From a virus (Duplodnaviria > Caudoviricetes): a stretch of DNA of 52,216 bases. Shown here piece by piece: positions 29,865 to 39,288 of this stretch; within the stretch, counting starts at the first letter, position 1; every line of letters begins with the position of its first letter. Below the pieces are notes generated by a model. The model did no database searches and was not told the origin of the DNA. It worked only from the letters and a program-made list of their open reading frames with translations. The stretch spans positions 1 to 52,216 of the IMG/VR virus record IMGVR_UViG_3300025655_003190; one strand, written 5' to 3'. The translations under genes were made by a program, and so were the position numbers.

Positions 29865-29893
29865 ATTATAGCATAAAAATAAAAAAGGCGCAA
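29865..29893 (-). promoter_or_regulatory. Sigma70-type promoter overlapping a terminator stem, likely leaderless
   Basis: TTGCGC-17 nt-TATAAT with extended TG; ATG 6 nt downstream. Confidence 0.65.
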
Positions 29894-29912
29894 GAGTATT
29901 TCATCTTGCGCC
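29881..29912 (-). terminator. Intrinsic terminator of the ATPase gene
   Basis: GGCGCAAGA-8 nt-TCTTGCGCC followed by T6 on the minus strand. Confidence 0.8.
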
Positions 29913-29958
29913 AATAACCAGAGAACTTAGGAGTTCAACATAGCATAGTGTTCTCTGG

Positions 29959-30954
29959 TTAAAAACTGCTTTTCATACAAGTTACTGCCGCCATATCCTT
30001 CCAACGCTGTGGGCTAACCTTAATCAAATCTGCTAGCTTCAACGCCATACGCAAGCTCATTTCGCGCAACGAATCCTTGTTCTCGTCCATAAACGCAATA
30101 ACCTCATCGCCTTCGTTGTTCTGGAAATAGTAATGCTCAAACAAGTCGCCCTTGCGATGAATCTGCTTAATACGCAAGAACTTGTCACGCATGGTGTCCA
30201 TTGTTAAGTCGATATAATGGCAACGTGATTGAAGTGCTTCCAGGTGATCTTGTAGCTTTTTGCTACGTACATGGTCAAACTTTAGGTTAGTAATAAAAAT
30301 TACTGCGCCGTGGAAGTCAAAGCGGTCTGGGATACCCTCACGACGCAGTAGCGAGCTATCCGCATTCCAGTGGATAGTGCGCTTCTTCCCAGAATCAAGG
30401 GCCGCTTTAAGCAAATTCAGTGAAAGGTCGTCCATAAGGACCGAGTCGCAATCGTCAAATACAAGCACGTTACCTTTGTCAGCGTGATTGTAAAGTGTAG
30501 CATACAACCCAATTGGGGTCATGGCACCCTTAACTACTTCGTACTTAACTTTGCTGCCAACAAGGCGATCAAACATCGAACTCTTTTCAAGTTCGCGCTG
30601 GACGCCATAAGACTTGCCCACGCCCGGAGGACCCACTACAATCATAGCACGCACGTCGCTGTTGATTGTTGCTCGGGTCATATCTTCCAGGACACCAAAG
30701 CGTGTTTCAATGCGATCCATTACTTGTTCATCGGTCTCTACAGCAGACTTTTGAGCTGGAGTTCCAATAAACTCAACGTCTTGTTCTTCAACGTTTACAC
30801 GGATTTTGTCGCGACCTACACCAATCGCTTCGTTGGGACGAACTGTGATAAATGAACCTTTTGCGCCTGTTTGAATACCCTTAACTACTTCGAAAGTCTG
30901 GTTACGGATTTCTTCGCCGCGGTAAGTGCCACTTAAAATTCGAACTGTATTCAT
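29959..30954 (-). CDS. P-loop AAA-type ATPase, probable early gene
   Basis: GPPGVGKS, VFDDCD, IFITN, ALQSR; AGGAG RBS; two consensus promoters upstream. Confidence 0.85.
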   Translation of the reverse strand: MNTVRILSGTYRGEEIRNQTFEVVKGIQTGAKGSFITVRPNEAIGVGRDKIRVNVEEQDVEFIGTPAQKSAVETDEQVMDRIETRFGVLEDMTRATINSDVRAMIVVGPPGVGKSYGVQRELEKSSMFDRLVGSKVKYEVVKGAMTPIGLYATLYNHADKGNVLVFDDCDSVLMDDLSLNLLKAALDSGKKRTIHWNADSSLLRREGIPDRFDFHGAVIFITNLKFDHVRSKKLQDHLEALQSRCHYIDLTMDTMRDKFLRIKQIHRKGDLFEHYYFQNNEGDEVIAFMDENKDSLREMSLRMALKLADLIKVSPQRWKDMAAVTCMKSSF

Positions 30955-30970
30955 TACTGAACTCCTAGAT

Positions 30971-31016
30971 GTTTTGCTATGTTTGAGTAACTATTATAGT
31001 GCCGTTTTGCTATGTT
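30971..31016. repeat. 13-bp direct repeat GTTTTGCTATGTT (30971-30983 and 31004-31016)
   Basis: Exact copies 33 bp apart, one in the promoter spacer and one in the 5' UTR. Confidence 0.8.
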
Positions 31017-31021
31017 GTCAA
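30993..31021 (-). promoter_or_regulatory. Consensus sigma70 promoter
   Basis: TTGACA-17 nt-TATAAT, exact. Confidence 0.9.
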
Positions 31022-31098
31022 CACTTTTTTTAAACTTTTTTGTGGTATTTTTGCCACAAAATCAATAGGTTAGTCTTTGCTTGTATTAGTATATGAAT

Positions 31099-31127
31099 AT
31101 TATAGAAGAAAAAAGGGTGTTTGTCAA
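31099..31127 (-). promoter_or_regulatory. Second consensus sigma70 promoter
   Basis: TTGACA-17 nt-TATAAT, exact; the -35 lies at the loop of a hairpin. Confidence 0.88.
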
Positions 31128-31136
31128 CACCCTTTT
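31111..31136 (-). terminator. Intrinsic terminator hairpin
   Basis: AAAAGGGTGT-TTGTCA-ACACCCTTTT downstream of the 163-aa gene. Confidence 0.75.
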
Positions 31137-31172
31137 AATTAAAAGATTTTTTATTATTATAAAAATATTTTA

Positions 31173-31664
31173 TTAAGTGGTTGGGTCGCCGTCATCAGCT
31201 GCGCCGTCGGCCATATCAACATAAACAGGATAAATGTTATAGTTGAAATCAACAGTTGATCCTTCTTTTACTAAAAGATGGAATTCGCCTTGTTGATCAT
31301 CACTAAATGCTGTCATGTCGATGTCGGCTGGGGTTGCACCGTCCATTGAAATTGCTGTTTTCATTTGACCGCCTGTTACTCCCCAGAAGGTAGGAGCACG
31401 TGGATCGCCATCTTCGCCAAATCCAACAATGAATGCGTCGCCGCCTGAAACAGCAACACTAACTGGGGTTTCGCCAGTTACTGAATCTTCTAAGGTGACC
31501 GAACCTAATACTACTGGTTCAGCAACATTCTTCTCTGGTGTTACTGTGTTAATAGTACTAACTGTGCCACTGAACAATTGAGTCCCGTTAATGTTAACCA
31601 CTAACGAAACATTACCGGAATTTGCATAAGCATTACCGTAAAGTTTTAGCGTTCTACTAGCCAT
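31173..31664 (-). CDS. Acidic beta-rich protein, possibly virion-associated
   Basis: GGAG RBS, TAAATA at 31698-31703, own terminator. Confidence 0.6.
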   Translation of the reverse strand: MASRTLKLYGNAYANSGNVSLVVNINGTQLFSGTVSTINTVTPEKNVAEPVVLGSVTLEDSVTGETPVSVAVSGGDAFIVGFGEDGDPRAPTFWGVTGGQMKTAISMDGATPADIDMTAFSDDQQGEFHLLVKEGSTVDFNYNIYPVYVDMADGAADDGDPTT

Positions 31665-31690
31665 TTATTATCTCCAAAAACGTTTTTGTG

Positions 31691-32395
31691 TTACCAGTAT
31701 TTATCAATTACTGGGTCTGAAATCTCATGTAGTTTAGGTTTGCCATGAAAAACAATTACTCGTGTATCATCAACAAAAGTTCCTGTGCCAGGAGCCTTAT
31801 GTCTATGTGTATTTATGTCATATCCTCCATCTAGTAACTCCCAACGCCAGCTTCTAACCAATTTTTCATCAAAAAATTGCATTTGTGGCGGGGGAACTTT
31901 TTTATCGATATAATTTTGATCCCCATGAAGCCTAGACATATAAGCACCTGGGTCCAATTTGAAGTCTTCCCATATATACCCAAACTTATCGACATTAAAA
32001 TACATCAAACTACTGTTGAGTTCTCGCTTTCTTTGATTGAACAAATAGCGAAAATCTCTAATCCCCCAGAAGTATTTAGGATCGCAATCTAAAATCCAGT
32101 CAAGCGATCCTGATATTGCAACATCAAGGTCTAGATACAAAAGTTGTCCGGAGAATTGTGTTCTGTCAAATAATTGAACCTTATACCACCATCCTTTGCT
32201 CGCACCATGCGGTGATAAATCTTTTAGCGGATGCTTAATATATTTGTCAGGAACTTCTCTACCTGGTTCTGTATACACATGAAGTTTTATTTTTTTGTTG
32301 AGATTACGTTTAAGACCTTTATAAAGTTTATCGACATAGATCCAGTCATACATTGACCCGTGTATTACACATGCGCAATCAATAATATCTTTCAT
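31691..32395 (-). CDS. Glycosyltransferase, GT-A fold (GT8-like)
   Basis: WWYKVQLF, YLDLDV (DxD), NSSLM, GDQNYI, VFHGKPK. Confidence 0.78.
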   Translation of the reverse strand: MKDIIDCACVIHGSMYDWIYVDKLYKGLKRNLNKKIKLHVYTEPGREVPDKYIKHPLKDLSPHGASKGWWYKVQLFDRTQFSGQLLYLDLDVAISGSLDWILDCDPKYFWGIRDFRYLFNQRKRELNSSLMYFNVDKFGYIWEDFKLDPGAYMSRLHGDQNYIDKKVPPPQMQFFDEKLVRSWRWELLDGGYDINTHRHKAPGTGTFVDDTRVIVFHGKPKLHEISDPVIDKYW

Positions 32396-33240
32396 ATCAA
32401 TTGCCCTTCTAGACGTTTATACCAACTTCCGGAACGTATTTCATCAACGGTATACTCAGTGTGTGCTATTTGTGTAAACCACATTTCTTTATTTCGATTA
32501 CTGAGAGATTCGATATTTTTTATCTCCTCGGACACAGGATATGCTAGACTAGATTCATTAACAATAATCGGACAACCAGCAATGGCGGCTTGAATTCCAG
32601 GACCACTATTATAATTAACCAATGCATACCAATTATACGTTAAATCAAAACTATCATAAGTTCCATCAACCTTTATAGGTTTTTCAACAGTAGCGTCTAT
32701 CGGAAGTTGATCCATATTAACTGTGCATCTCGGGTGCGGGCGTATTATTATAGGACGATCTGTATATTCTCTTAGGTCGTAAAAAGTTTTTACTACCCAC
32801 TTCTCAATATCAATCCCACGTACTTGTTCTGATTGTCTGTGCTGAGCTGCTATTACAATAGCACCATTATTTTCTGTTTGTGTTTTTAATTCTAAACCAA
32901 GTTTTTTTGGGCGATCCATGTCAAGATGATCTAAATGCCCATAATATCCGTTGGCATTAATATTTTCAAGTGCTACTTTCCAGGTTTCGCCTCGTTTAAG
33001 TGCTCCAACATCGATTACAATCACAGGCTTATTGTGATGCATATAATGAGTGTAAACACGTTGATTTGCCGCTAACCGGCCGTTCCACAGAACTGACCAA
33101 ATAACAGCACAATCTGCATCAAGAGAATTTTCCACCGGAGTAATTCCAAGTGCTCGGCAAGATTGTAAAAATGCATCCAATACATCGCGACCATTTAATG
33201 CTACAGATTTTGGAAAGTATGCTATCGATTTTATACTCAT
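32392..33240 (-). CDS. KpsS/KpsC-like (capsule synthesis, GT-B) protein, paralogue 1
   Basis: AAQ...TDRPIIIRPHP...VNYNSGPGIQAAIAGCP...HTEYTVDEIRSG; start placed at MSIKSI. Confidence 0.65.
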   Translation of the reverse strand: MSIKSIAYFPKSVALNGRDVLDAFLQSCRALGITPVENSLDADCAVIWSVLWNGRLAANQRVYTHYMHHNKPVIVIDVGALKRGETWKVALENINANGYYGHLDHLDMDRPKKLGLELKTQTENNGAIVIAAQHRQSEQVRGIDIEKWVVKTFYDLREYTDRPIIIRPHPRCTVNMDQLPIDATVEKPIKVDGTYDSFDLTYNWYALVNYNSGPGIQAAIAGCPIIVNESSLAYPVSEEIKNIESLSNRNKEMWFTQIAHTEYTVDEIRSGSWYKRLEGQLI

Positions 33241-33252
33241 ATAAATATCACA

Positions 33253-34059
33253 ATGGCAAGTTATACCGTAGTTACAACATTTCATCAATCCGGTTATGAT
33301 TTATACGGTAAACGTATGATCCAATCTTTTTTATCAAACTGGCCTAAAGATATAAAATTATATGTATATGCCGAAGATTGTAATGTAGACGAAACTGCCG
33401 ATAACCTAAGTGTATTTAACTTAGATAAAGCTTCGCCAGAATTAGTTGCGTTTAAACAAAAATGGAAAGGTGTGCCAAAAGCAAACGGTGATGTTAGCAC
33501 CGATCCTGTCCGATCACAACGCAAGGATTCCGGAAAAGGGTTTAAATGGGACGCTATACGTTTTTCGCATAAAGTATATTCTATATTCCATGCTGCTAAA
33601 CATACAAACACCGATTACTTAATTTGGATGGATGCAGATATGGTTTGTCATAGTACTGTTAAGTTAGAGGATATTGATCGTTTGATCGACGGCAGTAGCG
33701 ACTTGTATTATCTAGGACGCAAAGGTAAATTTTCCGAATGCGGGTTATATGCAATGAATTTGCGTTCAGGCAAAACACAAGATTTTTTACAATTATTTCA
33801 ACAATATTATGACGATGCCGAGAACGGCATTTTTACGTTAGCCGAATGGCACGATAGTTTTGTGTTTGATGCTGTTCGTAAACAGTTGCCACTTACGCAA
33901 AAGAATTGGAGCGAAGGTATTGTCAAGGGCGAAGGACATCCACTTATTAATTCAGATTGGGGTGCATATCTTGACCATTTAAAAGGGCAAAGAAAACATC
34001 TAGGAAAAAGTAAGGATAAAGACTTATTAGTAAAAAGAAATGAGGATTACTGGAAATGA
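33253..34059 (+). CDS. Glycosyltransferase/nucleotide-diphospho-sugar transferase, GT-A
   Basis: VTTF, RFSHKVY, WMDADM (DxD), WHDSFVFD, HLKG; TATAAATA at 33240-33247. Confidence 0.7.
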   Translation: MASYTVVTTFHQSGYDLYGKRMIQSFLSNWPKDIKLYVYAEDCNVDETADNLSVFNLDKASPELVAFKQKWKGVPKANGDVSTDPVRSQRKDSGKGFKWDAIRFSHKVYSIFHAAKHTNTDYLIWMDADMVCHSTVKLEDIDRLIDGSSDLYYLGRKGKFSECGLYAMNLRSGKTQDFLQLFQQYYDDAENGIFTLAEWHDSFVFDAVRKQLPLTQKNWSEGIVKGEGHPLINSDWGAYLDHLKGQRKHLGKSKDKDLLVKRNEDYWK

Positions 34060-34637
34060 ATTTGCCTACTCATCTCGGTGGACACAAAAACAAAACTCAT
34101 CTAGATCAAGGTGCGTTAGAATTTGCAATTAACGAACTTAATGTTAAAACTATGCTTGATATTGGTTGTGGACCTGCTGGTATGGTAGAACTTGCTTGCA
34201 AAATGGGCGTTGATGCTCAAGGTATCGATGGTGATTTCGAGGTAGAACGTCCTGATGTTTTAGTTACTATACACGACTACGCATCTGGCCCGTCTAAATT
34301 AGAGTTAGAAGTAGATCTAGTATGGAGTTGTGAGTTTGTAGAACACGTTTACGAGGAGTACCTGCCTAATTTTATGGCTGACTTCCAGCGCGGCAAAACA
34401 GTATTCATGACATTTGCTCCACCCAATACACCAGGGCATCACCACGTTAACTGTAACACTAAAGAATATTGGATTGATGTGTTTAATCGTTACGGATTTG
34501 ATTATAGCGACGAGTTAACTGATCAATTACGCAAAAACAGTACAATGGGTCGATGGAAAAAGAATAAAGAAACCGGTGAACGTTTTTGGTGGAAAGCGTT
34601 TGTTCGTGATAATGGATTAGTTTTTATAAAACGCTAA
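34056..34637 (+). CDS. Class I SAM-dependent methyltransferase
   Basis: LDIGCGPAG, GIDG, WSCEFVEHV, GHHHVN. Confidence 0.85.
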   Translation: MNLPTHLGGHKNKTHLDQGALEFAINELNVKTMLDIGCGPAGMVELACKMGVDAQGIDGDFEVERPDVLVTIHDYASGPSKLELEVDLVWSCEFVEHVYEEYLPNFMADFQRGKTVFMTFAPPNTPGHHHVNCNTKEYWIDVFNRYGFDYSDELTDQLRKNSTMGRWKKNKETGERFWWKAFVRDNGLVFIKR

Positions 34638-35111
34638 ATGAACATGTTTGCTTTTCTTAGGATCAGCAAACGACTCTATATTTGCAAAACCTTTGCGTGA
34701 CACTAATGCTGTGAGTAATTCTTCATCATAGCCCGACTTGTGAACATCCCATGTATCTGCAAACTCGCCGCGTTGCCAGCCCCAAAATCCGGCGCACGCA
34801 TGTTCTATATCTCTATCGGTTTCTCTGCGTAACCATTGCTCAATGTGTTTAGTCATGTTAGGAACAAGCATTTCGCAGCGGCCGCCTGGTTTTAAAATTT
34901 TATACCATTTCTCTAAAACTACTTCGCCTTGTTGAAATGTCAGGTGCTCAAAGAAATGCCTAGAGAATATTTCGTCTACTGAGTTCTCTGCAACGTGTTG
35001 ATCTATATCCCAAGCGGTGCAAACAAAATCTATACCAGGTAAATCTCGTATGTCACAGGTTTTAAAGTCTGGTTGTGTAGGGGTTTCGCCGCAGCCAAAT
35101 TCAATTTTCAT
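34617..35111 (-). CDS. Class I SAM-dependent methyltransferase
   Basis: IEFGCGE, VDEIFSRHFFEHL, ILKPGG, VPN. Confidence 0.82.
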   Translation of the reverse strand: MKIEFGCGETPTQPDFKTCDIRDLPGIDFVCTAWDIDQHVAENSVDEIFSRHFFEHLTFQQGEVVLEKWYKILKPGGRCEMLVPNMTKHIEQWLRRETDRDIEHACAGFWGWQRGEFADTWDVHKSGYDEELLTALVSRKGFANIESFADPKKSKHVHLAFYKN

Positions 35112-36055
35112 ATGTACTCTCGCATGTGCTTCCACGCAGAACCATTTTTAAGTTCTTCAAAATTCCAATGGCTCATTGCTAACTTTGCTAACCAATCATC
35201 TCTATCAGGCATACTAGGATTTTCGATATCTTGCCAACGTGCAAATGCAATATCTCGTGCCTGACAATCATTTACATCATCTGCATAAACAGGTACACCT
35301 GTAATTGCACTAGCTACCGCAGGACTCGAATTATACACTATGGTTGCCCAAGCGTTTTTTAAATCTTGTTGTAATGATCTATTGCGATGATCTACAATAG
35401 ATACGTTCATTCCATTCAATACGTTTAACCTACACGACTTTTCATTTAAATTTAAGTATTTTCCTGCACGTTTATCACCTGGGTGGCCACGCAGCTTAAT
35501 AGGCCTATCTGTTACAGTACGCAACCTGCGTATCATATCAATGGCCCAATCTTGATTATCTAACCCTTTCATTGACCAACCACCGTTACGCTGCAAACAA
35601 ATCAAAATATGTTCGCCGTTAGTACGCCATTCTTTATGTTTAATGTCCATGTCACGGCGTATTTGTTGCCACCTGCTATACATTGGATTATTGTTAAAAT
35701 AATTTCCGGTTGTTGGAAACACTCCATCTAACGAATATCTCAAGTAATGTGCTTTATTTTCTGGATCAGCAAATAAAAATAGATTCGAATCTACAAATAT
35801 AGTATGCTTTCCTGCTTGACGCTGTTGTTCCATAACTGTGCGTCTGAGTTTTAAATGCGGAGTATCCGGCGAATCTTCATGTACATAACCTTGTATCAAT
35901 GCTACATCGCTTGGTTCCCAACTTCCTTGTATTATACGTCCTACATCGCCATTGGCGTTAACACCTTGAATAAAGTTTTCAAGTATTAACGGCTTTTCAG
36001 GATTCTTATTATTTTTAGGAATCCCGCTTATGTATGCATTAACTGTCTTGCTCAT
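35108..36055 (-). CDS. KpsS/KpsC-like protein, paralogue 2
   Basis: CLQR...TDRPIKLRGHP...VYNSSPAVASAITGVP...SHWNFEELKNG; start placed at MSKTV. Confidence 0.65.
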   Translation of the reverse strand: MSKTVNAYISGIPKNNKNPEKPLILENFIQGVNANGDVGRIIQGSWEPSDVALIQGYVHEDSPDTPHLKLRRTVMEQQRQAGKHTIFVDSNLFLFADPENKAHYLRYSLDGVFPTTGNYFNNNPMYSRWQQIRRDMDIKHKEWRTNGEHILICLQRNGGWSMKGLDNQDWAIDMIRRLRTVTDRPIKLRGHPGDKRAGKYLNLNEKSCRLNVLNGMNVSIVDHRNRSLQQDLKNAWATIVYNSSPAVASAITGVPVYADDVNDCQARDIAFARWQDIENPSMPDRDDWLAKLAMSHWNFEELKNGSAWKHMREYI

Positions 36056-37124
36056 TATCAGACTCGTCGATATCCAAGGTTTCGTTATCGTCTTCTGCAA
36101 GTTCATACTCAAATTTAGATAATTCTTTTTGTGCTTTTTGTGATTTTTTAATAGCATCTTGCAAGTGTCTCCAACAAGTACCCGAGAACATTTCTTCCTC
36201 CGACCATTGGCAATATGCTAAATTATATAACCACTGCATAACTAATTCTGGATCTTCTTGTTTAGGATCGTTAATTTCTTCAGCAAAGTTTGATGATATA
36301 TTATAAGCAAAGTTTCCAGGATCAGTTGCTATAACTGGAACACCTGCTAATATAGCGTCAATACTTAATCCTGATGAATATGTTACTACGCAACACGCAT
36401 TAACAATATCATCTTCCCAGGGCTTTTCTCTGCCATTGCTCCAGCGTATGTCACCGTGCTCGCCGAATGCAATGTTACGAAACAAATCAGAATAGTTCTC
36501 CCAACCTCGATCAGAAATACCCGGGTGTGTTCTAATACGTATTGGTTTATCTGTAAATTGACGAATGCGTGTAATTGTATCAATGATCCATTCGTTGATA
36601 TTGTTATTTCGCAAGCTAGCATCACCTGCTAGTTGCATACCAATTAGTATTTCATCTCGCTGGTTAACATTTTCTGCCCAACCTTTCCAACTGAGCCCCA
36701 TAACTTCTTCAAAACGAACCGCTGGCGAATTGACAGAATTCCAATATGCTGAATTATTTAAAAAACCATTAACGCCTACACGATAATATTTGTTAGGCCG
36801 AAATACTTCTCTTGTTAGCAATGGAGTTTCAATACAAACAAAGGTACGAGCTTTTTCAGCAATAGCATTGCGTATAACATGGTGAGGGTTTTTACGATCT
36901 TTCCATGATCCAAACATAATAGCCACATCACAAGGTTGATAATCTGTGCCGTATATATATTCAACTGAATTGCTTGTTCCTTTAGTTACGGTGTGGTCAA
37001 ATGATAAAAATTCCTTGGGTTTTTTTATCTTTGCAAACTCTGTTTCAATGCCATGTCCAAATCTACGCAACAACTCAAATTCGTGTGCATGACCTGCTGT
37101 ATTCATAAAAACTTTAACTTTCAT
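36039..37124 (-). CDS. KpsS/KpsC-like protein, paralogue 3
   Basis: GMQLAGDAS (QxxxD)...TDKPIRIRTHP...TYSSGLSIDAILAGVP...CQWSEEEMFSG. Confidence 0.7.
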   Translation of the reverse strand: MKVKVFMNTAGHAHEFELLRRFGHGIETEFAKIKKPKEFLSFDHTVTKGTSNSVEYIYGTDYQPCDVAIMFGSWKDRKNPHHVIRNAIAEKARTFVCIETPLLTREVFRPNKYYRVGVNGFLNNSAYWNSVNSPAVRFEEVMGLSWKGWAENVNQRDEILIGMQLAGDASLRNNNINEWIIDTITRIRQFTDKPIRIRTHPGISDRGWENYSDLFRNIAFGEHGDIRWSNGREKPWEDDIVNACCVVTYSSGLSIDAILAGVPVIATDPGNFAYNISSNFAEEINDPKQEDPELVMQWLYNLAYCQWSEEEMFSGTCWRHLQDAIKKSQKAQKELSKFEYELAEDDNETLDIDESDNEQDS

Positions 37125-37881
37125 TCAATATATCCCATGCTTTTCCTGATTTCATTTCGTTTATGTGAAACTGCCCGTATGCTAAATGACACGCCCATGC
37201 ATAACGTTCATCGTCGGTTGGATAATACGGTGTTTCAATTTTACTTAAATCTTGCAATCCGACCGGTTGTGCAGCACTAGGTGCCAATGTAAATACAGGA
37301 ACACCAAAAAACACACTTTCAGTTGCTGCATTACTATTAAAAGTAACTAGTGCATGCACATCATTACTTAATGCTTTTTCAAGTGGTTCGTTAATTCTTT
37401 GTGTACGTTGTTTAGCACGTTCGCGTATTACAATAGGTCTATCTGTATGTTTTTTTATGGTAGCAATAGTTTGTGCTATCCATACATCTCTATCTACTCC
37501 ATAAAATTTACACGGCTTTTCGTCTGGCAGCGCAACTATAATTTTTGATCCATGTTTCCATTTATGAATAGTTTTTTTAAACTTTTTAAATCTGTCATTG
37601 GGTCTAGGTATAATATTAGTGTGTTGCAGATTGTTTTTAACAATTCTGTGCCAATATTTCCAAGTACCTTCGTTTCCAAAATATCCTGTGTCTACATAAT
37701 AAAAGTCTCTGCCATCTTCCCAGCAACGCTTCATTATTTTATGTTTAAGTATTCCACGGAGTACGATAGGTTCACTACTAGAATCATAATCAAACAGTTC
37801 AGTGTTAACAGATATACAACCACTTCCTTTAGCGAAGTCGTTAATATATCTATCATTCCCGTCCTTACTTAGAAATATCAT
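37114..37881 (-). CDS. KpsS/KpsC-like protein, paralogue 4 (lacks HP motif)
   Basis: TDRPIVIRER...VTFNSNAATESVFFGVP...GQFHINEMKSG. Confidence 0.6.
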   Translation of the reverse strand: MIFLSKDGNDRYINDFAKGSGCISVNTELFDYDSSSEPIVLRGILKHKIMKRCWEDGRDFYYVDTGYFGNEGTWKYWHRIVKNNLQHTNIIPRPNDRFKKFKKTIHKWKHGSKIIVALPDEKPCKFYGVDRDVWIAQTIATIKKHTDRPIVIRERAKQRTQRINEPLEKALSNDVHALVTFNSNAATESVFFGVPVFTLAPSAAQPVGLQDLSKIETPYYPTDDERYAWACHLAYGQFHINEMKSGKAWDILNES

Positions 37882-38440
37882 TGTATACGTATGCTAGTTT
37901 TCTCTTTGATTGGTAAGGCATTAAGTTAACTGCGCCAATTTCGTCGCAAAATTGTTTTACTCCGGGCAAATTATAATCATCAAAGAAAATGATTTTAGAA
38001 TCTTTAACCATTGAATAATCGTGTTTTACAGTTTCATATGAGTGCCCGCCATCAATAAAAACAAAATCAGCAATTATTGGCGCTGTTAATGTATCTGTTG
38101 TAAATCCTCTATGTAATTCAAACGTAACACCAGGATTAGATCTTTGTATTTTTTTAATCTTTTGTTTGGCATAAGAATAGTCGCCAATGCCTTTACCATT
38201 TTTTTCTTGTTTATTAGTTTCTTCATTTGCTAAATCGAATAAATCATATCCAATGTAATGAATGGTATTATTGTACTGCAACGCTCTTCTAATTAATTTA
38301 TGTGCTGTGTGACCTTTATTTGTTCCGATTTCAACAATAGTTGTTGGTTTAACTGCTTCAATTGCTGCATCAAAATATACTAGTCTCCAGCCTTTTTCTC
38401 TATATTCTCCTGTAGGCCAATTAATCATTTGTTTTTCCAC
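37865..38440 (-). CDS. SAM-dependent methyltransferase (Methyltransf_24-like)
   Basis: VEIGTNKG, GYDLF, FIDGGHSYE, FDDY. Confidence 0.85.
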   Translation of the reverse strand: MEKQMINWPTGEYREKGWRLVYFDAAIEAVKPTTIVEIGTNKGHTAHKLIRRALQYNNTIHYIGYDLFDLANEETNKQEKNGKGIGDYSYAKQKIKKIQRSNPGVTFELHRGFTTDTLTAPIIADFVFIDGGHSYETVKHDYSMVKDSKIIFFDDYNLPGVKQFCDEIGAVNLMPYQSKRKLAYVYNDISK

Positions 38441-39288
38441 TCCCTAACAAATCGTGTGTCTGTTTGTTCTTTAAGTTTAACCTTGCCTTTATGCTCTTCT
38501 TCAAGTTTTTCTGGGTCTGCACCAGCGAGTATAGCATCAATAAATTTATCCATTTCCGGATCATGTTTACGAGCTGCTTTAAAATGTCTAAAATATTTTC
38601 CTAATTCTGTTTCTTTTAACGGACTTAACGCTTTACGTTCAGGATGAAAGTCTCTACATTTTACTCCGTGTGCTTCTGCGTCTAATATACAATCAATTAA
38701 CACATATGCATCGTTGGGTTTAGGAAAACGAGTTTTATCCTCTTTAATAACGTGACTATTGTAGATATCTTCATAACGATTAACAAATGTTTTTGCATAA
38801 CGATGATGTGGATTAAACCAATATAACCCAGAATCCGAATGCGGTTTATCTATGCCTTTCCATTTTCCCTTGTTCATTGTTACACCCATGTACGCAACAA
38901 GATTATTATCCGGCAATACATTATCCAACCACTGTCCTGTTACAGGCTTGTAAGTAATAACATCGGCGTCTAGATAAATTATCTCGTCAAAGTCTTTGAA
39001 TGTTCTTGCTGCATCTACCCAAGTAAATGCTTTGTATGCAAATCCTCTGCTAAAGTGATCACCGATAAAATCCAAGTAGTTTTGTAAATTTGGATTGCAA
39101 CGTTCAAATACATTAACACCAATAACATTAGGTGCGCTAGGTAATTCGCTTTCATCCATGTCCTCTAAGTAACAGACAAGCATGACTTCCTTGGGCCAAA
39201 ACTTTACGAATGTTTCAACCATGCGCTTCGCTAATCCATCATAGTAACTGCGATTAAATGTTGTAACTGCTAATACTTTCTTTTTCAT
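38425..39288 (-). CDS. Glycosyltransferase GT-A, paralogue of 33253-34059
   Basis: VTTF, FAYKAF, YLDADV, DSGLY, NDAYV, HFKA. Confidence 0.68.
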   Translation of the reverse strand: MKKKVLAVTTFNRSYYDGLAKRMVETFVKFWPKEVMLVCYLEDMDESELPSAPNVIGVNVFERCNPNLQNYLDFIGDHFSRGFAYKAFTWVDAARTFKDFDEIIYLDADVITYKPVTGQWLDNVLPDNNLVAYMGVTMNKGKWKGIDKPHSDSGLYWFNPHHRYAKTFVNRYEDIYNSHVIKEDKTRFPKPNDAYVLIDCILDAEAHGVKCRDFHPERKALSPLKETELGKYFRHFKAARKHDPEMDKFIDAILAGADPEKLEEEHKGKVKLKEQTDTRFVREWKNK

